Positions 60,659 through 64,000 of a stretch of DNA of 64,000 nt are shown here, piece by piece. The DNA lies in contig JAJDBJ010000080.1 of the NCBI GenBank assembly GCA_029261395.1, positions 61,516-125,515 on the forward strand, read 5' to 3'. Source of the DNA: Nitrospinaceae bacterium (GTDB lineage Bacteria > Nitrospinota > Nitrospinia > Nitrospinales > Nitrospinaceae). A model generated the notes under the pieces. It was not told where the DNA came from and searched no databases. It was given only the letters and a program-made list of their open reading frames with translations. Each line of letters starts with the position of its first letter. The first letter of the stretch is position 1. The position numbers were made by a program, and so were the translations under genes.

Positions 60659-62800
60659 ATGACCACCAAACGTCTATTCATTTTCCTGCCGATGATTTTG
60701 ATTGGGATGCTGATCCAATCCTTTTTTTGGGTGCCCACTTATGACAAACAGGCGACGGGCAATCCGGAACGGCTGATCAAGTTTATTGAAAGTGTCAGCG
60801 GCGACGCCCGAATATTGAATCCTATATTGCACGCCGATTCCGCCAGCAGTCTGATCGTGGATAAAGTGTTCGACGGTCTGCTCGGTCTGGATGATCAGTT
60901 GAACTTGCGACCCCGCCTCGCTGAAAGTTGGATTCAGTATGAAGAAGCCTATCTGACACTCCCTCCCGACTCGCCGTCCAACCTGCCTTCGCGTCCGCAA
61001 GATTGGATTGACTACATTCAAAATAAAATAAAAGTATCTCCAGAGTGGAAAAACAATATTCGGTCGATAGAAGTGGTGCCCGCCCGCGAAAGCACAGGAA
61101 GTGTGGAGGTGCCGGTGTTGGATGATACGGGCAAGGTCGTCAAGGAGAACAACCGCCCCAAAATGCAGGCAGTCGAGTATATACTGCACCATCCGCCCCG
61201 TCTCAAGTTCACTCTGGAAAAGGTGGATCAGTATTTTTTCGACCCTCTCAAAAAGATTCTCAGTAAGGATTATGCCGACCGCTTTCCCTATGCTCGGTTT
61301 ATATCTCCCGAAAACTCCACCCAGCGCCATCTTCTCGAAAACCATTACTCTGAGATTCTGAAAGTGGTGGAACACAACCCGGTCCTCATTTTTCAATTGA
61401 GAAAAGGCGTGCGGTTTCACGACGGGCACGAGTTCGATTCGGGCGACGTGCTGTTCACTTACCAAGCGATTATGAATCCCCGCAACGCTTCACCTCGAAC
61501 ATCGGACTATGAGCCTGTCAAAACAGCCGAGGTGCTTGGCAAATACAAAATCAAATTTGTTTATAAACGATTATTTTCTCCCGCCATCAATGCCTGGTCG
61601 ATGGGTGTATTGCCGGAGCATTTGTTGAATGCCGAGGTATTGCAGCGTGAAGCGCGTGACAAAAACCTTGATGATGAACAAATCAAAGATTTTAATTTGC
61701 GCGACAGCGATTTCAATCGCAATCCCATCGGCACCGGCCCGTTTATTTTTAAAGAATGGCAAGGCGACCAGTTTATCCGACTGGTCCGGAACGTGGATTA
61801 CTGGGAAGGCCCGCCTGAATATGGCGAATACGTCATGCGCATCATCACCGAACCCTTGACCCAGGAAATGGAGTTTTATTCCGGTGCGGCGGACAACTAC
61901 GGGGTGCTTCCGCATCAGGTCGCCCGACTCAAAACAGATCCCAGGTACCAGAGTTTTTCTACCGTAGGATTCGTTTATGCCTATATCGGGTACAATCTGC
62001 GCAAGCCTCTGTTCCAGTCGCCGGAAGTCCGCAAGGCCCTGGGTATGGCGATTGATGTTGATAAAATCATTAAATATGTTTTGTATGATGAGGGGGAGCG
62101 GGTGACCGGCCCCTTCGCCAAAATCACCGATTGGTACGATCACAACGTGCCGCCGATTCCTTACGATCCTGAAGGAGCCCTGCGCATTCTGCACAAACTG
62201 GGTTGGCAGAAAAACAAAGCTGGCTGGCTGGAGAAAGACGGAAAGCTGTTTGAGTTTAATCTCATCACCAACAGCGGTAATCCGATTCGCAAAAGTATTC
62301 TGACCATCGTTCAAAATTCGTGGCGTAAGATCGGGATTAAATGTAACACGCAGGTGTTTGAATGGGCGGTATTCCTCAAGGATTTTGTCAACTCTCTCAA
62401 GTTCGATGCTCTGGTTCTGGGGTGGAGTATGGGGGTCGATCCTGATTTGTATCAACTATGGCATTCCAGTCAGGCCGGACCCGGTCAATTGAACTTTGTG
62501 GGTTACGAAAACCCGGAAGCCGATCGCCTGATCATCGCCATTCGGCAGGAGTACGACAAGGCGAAACAGATTCAGATGACTCGGGAGCTTCATCGCCTGA
62601 TCGCCAGAGACCAGCCCTACACTTTTTTGTATGTGGGTAAGGCGACCCGGCTACTCGATAAGAAAATTGTGATCGTCGAGCGCCAGCCGGATGGTTCTGA
62701 AAAATTTATTAAGATTTACCCGGTCAAGGGAGGGAACATTGAGTATTATTTTACCAAGTGGAGGAAGTTGAATTCCGTCCCTCAGTTTAGCCCCGGCTAA
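60659..62800 (+). CDS. Family-5 ABC substrate-binding protein (Opp/Dpp/Nik-like) with an uncleaved-looking N-terminal anchor
   Basis: Start set at the ATG at 60659 (MTTKRLFIFLPMILIGMLIQ). SBP_bac_5 pattern (NPILHADSAS, GTGPFIFKEW). About 713 aa. Confidence 0.85.
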   Translation: MTTKRLFIFLPMILIGMLIQSFFWVPTYDKQATGNPERLIKFIESVSGDARILNPILHADSASSLIVDKVFDGLLGLDDQLNLRPRLAESWIQYEEAYLTLPPDSPSNLPSRPQDWIDYIQNKIKVSPEWKNNIRSIEVVPARESTGSVEVPVLDDTGKVVKENNRPKMQAVEYILHHPPRLKFTLEKVDQYFFDPLKKILSKDYADRFPYARFISPENSTQRHLLENHYSEILKVVEHNPVLIFQLRKGVRFHDGHEFDSGDVLFTYQAIMNPRNASPRTSDYEPVKTAEVLGKYKIKFVYKRLFSPAINAWSMGVLPEHLLNAEVLQREARDKNLDDEQIKDFNLRDSDFNRNPIGTGPFIFKEWQGDQFIRLVRNVDYWEGPPEYGEYVMRIITEPLTQEMEFYSGAADNYGVLPHQVARLKTDPRYQSFSTVGFVYAYIGYNLRKPLFQSPEVRKALGMAIDVDKIIKYVLYDEGERVTGPFAKITDWYDHNVPPIPYDPEGALRILHKLGWQKNKAGWLEKDGKLFEFNLITNSGNPIRKSILTIVQNSWRKIGIKCNTQVFEWAVFLKDFVNSLKFDALVLGWSMGVDPDLYQLWHSSQAGPGQLNFVGYENPEADRLIIAIRQEYDKAKQIQMTRELHRLIARDQPYTFLYVGKATRLLDKKIVIVERQPDGSEKFIKIYPVKGGNIEYYFTKWRKLNSVPQFSPG

Positions 62801-62878
62801 GGAGGGGGTTTTCTCCCCTTTGTAAAACTTGCCCTGAACTTGTCGAAGGAGGGGGTCGGGGGGGTTCTACCTTTCTCG

Positions 62879-63994
62879 TTACTTCATCACCCTTCGTCTC
62901 AAAAAGATATCCACTGTACCTTCGGAATTGCTGGCGAGGGCGATGTCACTCATGCCGTCGCTGTTGAAGTCCCCGGTGGTCAACATCAACGGCGTCCCGC
63001 CCGTTACATAATCGCGCACCGGGAAATGAAAACTGCCGTTGGCATTGTGCGTGATCAAAGAGAAGGTACTGCTTCGGGAATTGGCGACGGTCACGTCGAT
63101 TTGTTTGTCGTCATCAAAATCATCGAGTGCCAGTGCGATGGGGCCACCCCCTCCGGCAAATGCGATTTCCTTTTTGAACGTGCCGTCTCCGTTCGCCGGC
63201 AGAAAGTACAGATTGTCCCCCGACCCTGAAGCGGCGACCAAATCCGTGAATCCGTCGCCATTCATATCGGCTTGAGCCAGTGCCAGGCATCCCAACCCTT
63301 GGGCGATTTTTGACGAGGTGGGGAAGGTGCCGTCTCCCTGTCCAAAGTAAAGGCGGATGGAGCTGGCGTTACTGCTGTGTACAGCGAGTGCGACATCCAG
63401 ATGGCCGTCCCGGTTGAAATCTGCGGTGACGCCCGAAAACGAGCGGGAGCCGGTTTCATAGGTAGCACCTTTGCTGAATCGCCCGTCACCTTTTCCCAGA
63501 TAGATTTCCATTTTGCTGAACGTCAGGGTGACGGCGACATCCGCAAAACCATCTTCATTGAAGTCTCCCAGGGTGATGGAGAGCGGGACCTGGCCGGTGG
63601 GAATGGACTGCGCTTTGGAAAAGGAGTTCTTCCCTTTGCCCAGCAGGACCGTCAGGGAGTTCGTTCCCCGGGAATTGGCGATGATATCCGGAAGACCGTC
63701 CTTATTGATGTCAGTGACCACCAACGCCGAGGGTTCCAGAGGCACCGGCAGGGCGGAACTGGGTTTGAAGGAGCCATTACCCCGACCGTACAGAATGGAG
63801 AGGCTATGGTCCCTGGAGTTGGCGGAGATCAGATCGGTCTCGCCATCGAGGTCGAGATCCGCTGTAACCACATATGTGGGGCCGAGACCCACCTGGACCG
63901 AATTGAACTTGAAAAACACGTCCGGCGGCTTGGGAGGGAGGTCGCACCCTCCGAAAACCCCTCCTGTCAGCAGAAAGGCCGACAAAAGTCCCAT
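62879..63994 (-). CDS. FG-GAP/VCBS-repeat beta-propeller lipoprotein
   Basis: Seven repeats carrying D-x-[DN]-x-D-G-x-x-D loops (DLDGETD, DINKDGLPD, DFNEDGFAD, DFNRDGHLD, DMNGDGFTD, DFDDDKQID, DFNSDGMSD). Lipobox-like GGVFGGC. The frame stays open to the window end, so the true start could lie beyond nt 64000. Confidence 0.85.
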   Translation of the reverse strand: MGLLSAFLLTGGVFGGCDLPPKPPDVFFKFNSVQVGLGPTYVVTADLDLDGETDLISANSRDHSLSILYGRGNGSFKPSSALPVPLEPSALVVTDINKDGLPDIIANSRGTNSLTVLLGKGKNSFSKAQSIPTGQVPLSITLGDFNEDGFADVAVTLTFSKMEIYLGKGDGRFSKGATYETGSRSFSGVTADFNRDGHLDVALAVHSSNASSIRLYFGQGDGTFPTSSKIAQGLGCLALAQADMNGDGFTDLVAASGSGDNLYFLPANGDGTFKKEIAFAGGGGPIALALDDFDDDKQIDVTVANSRSSTFSLITHNANGSFHFPVRDYVTGGTPLMLTTGDFNSDGMSDIALASNSEGTVDIFLRRRVMK

Positions 63995-64000
63995 AAAAGC

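Noticed and set aside
60674-62455. Two long minus-strand ORFs (263 and 294 aa) inside the SBP gene
   Set aside because: They are shadow ORFs antisense to a gene with clear family-5 SBP motifs.

Overview
Dense, mostly housekeeping 64-kb chromosomal window from a diderm bacterium; Lgt/LspA, a TonB-dependent receptor, an RND pump and DsbA are all present. I can support about 60 protein genes, 2 tRNAs (Pro-GGG and initiator Met), 2 cobalamin riboswitches, and several intrinsic terminators and palindromes. Left to right: a GspE/PilB-type ATPase with its 5' end cut by the window, followed by a membrane-anchored receiver-DUF1566 protein. Then a glpE / cysteine-free DJ-1 / stand-alone formyltransferase operon. 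Then pentapeptide-repeat, bPH and small membrane proteins. Then a gene-poor 1.8-kb stretch holding csp and tRNA-Pro. Then cupin / B12-radical-SAM / DsbA. Then an RND efflux operon headed by an unknown membrane protein and a J-domain protein. Then tmk-ubiX-cysteine desulfurase-thiI, folK and an aminotransferase. Then a co-directional cobalamin string with two riboswitches (btuF-btuD-btuC-cobQ, then btuB-tonB-cytochrome c). Then a hydrolase and cca. Then a 14-kb glycan-biosynthesis operon headed by a disordered Lys/Pro/Glu-rich membrane protein and a ParA/MinD-like ATPase. Then S2P protease, trpS, ileS, lspA, lgt. Then LemA plus a GIDE/EF-hand membrane protein. Then HDOD, HspQ, GGDEF-EAL, ferredoxin, tRNA-fMet, a family-5 SBP and an FG-GAP propeller. 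I saw no CRISPR array, transposase, integrase, phage module or recognisable defence or toxin-antitoxin genes. Nothing here is a proven new system. The most promising undescribed candidates, in my order: (1) the ParA/MinD-type ATPase translationally coupled to a membrane-anchored disordered protein at the head of the glycan operon; (2) the response regulator whose output domain (DUF1566) lies beyond a transmembrane helix; (3) the J-domain-headed RND operon with two unknown membrane proteins and no outer-membrane factor; (4) the LemA / GIDE-EF-hand pair; (5) the serial two-riboswitch cobalamin string with cobQ inside the uptake operon. All domain calls come from motif recognition by eye, without database searches.
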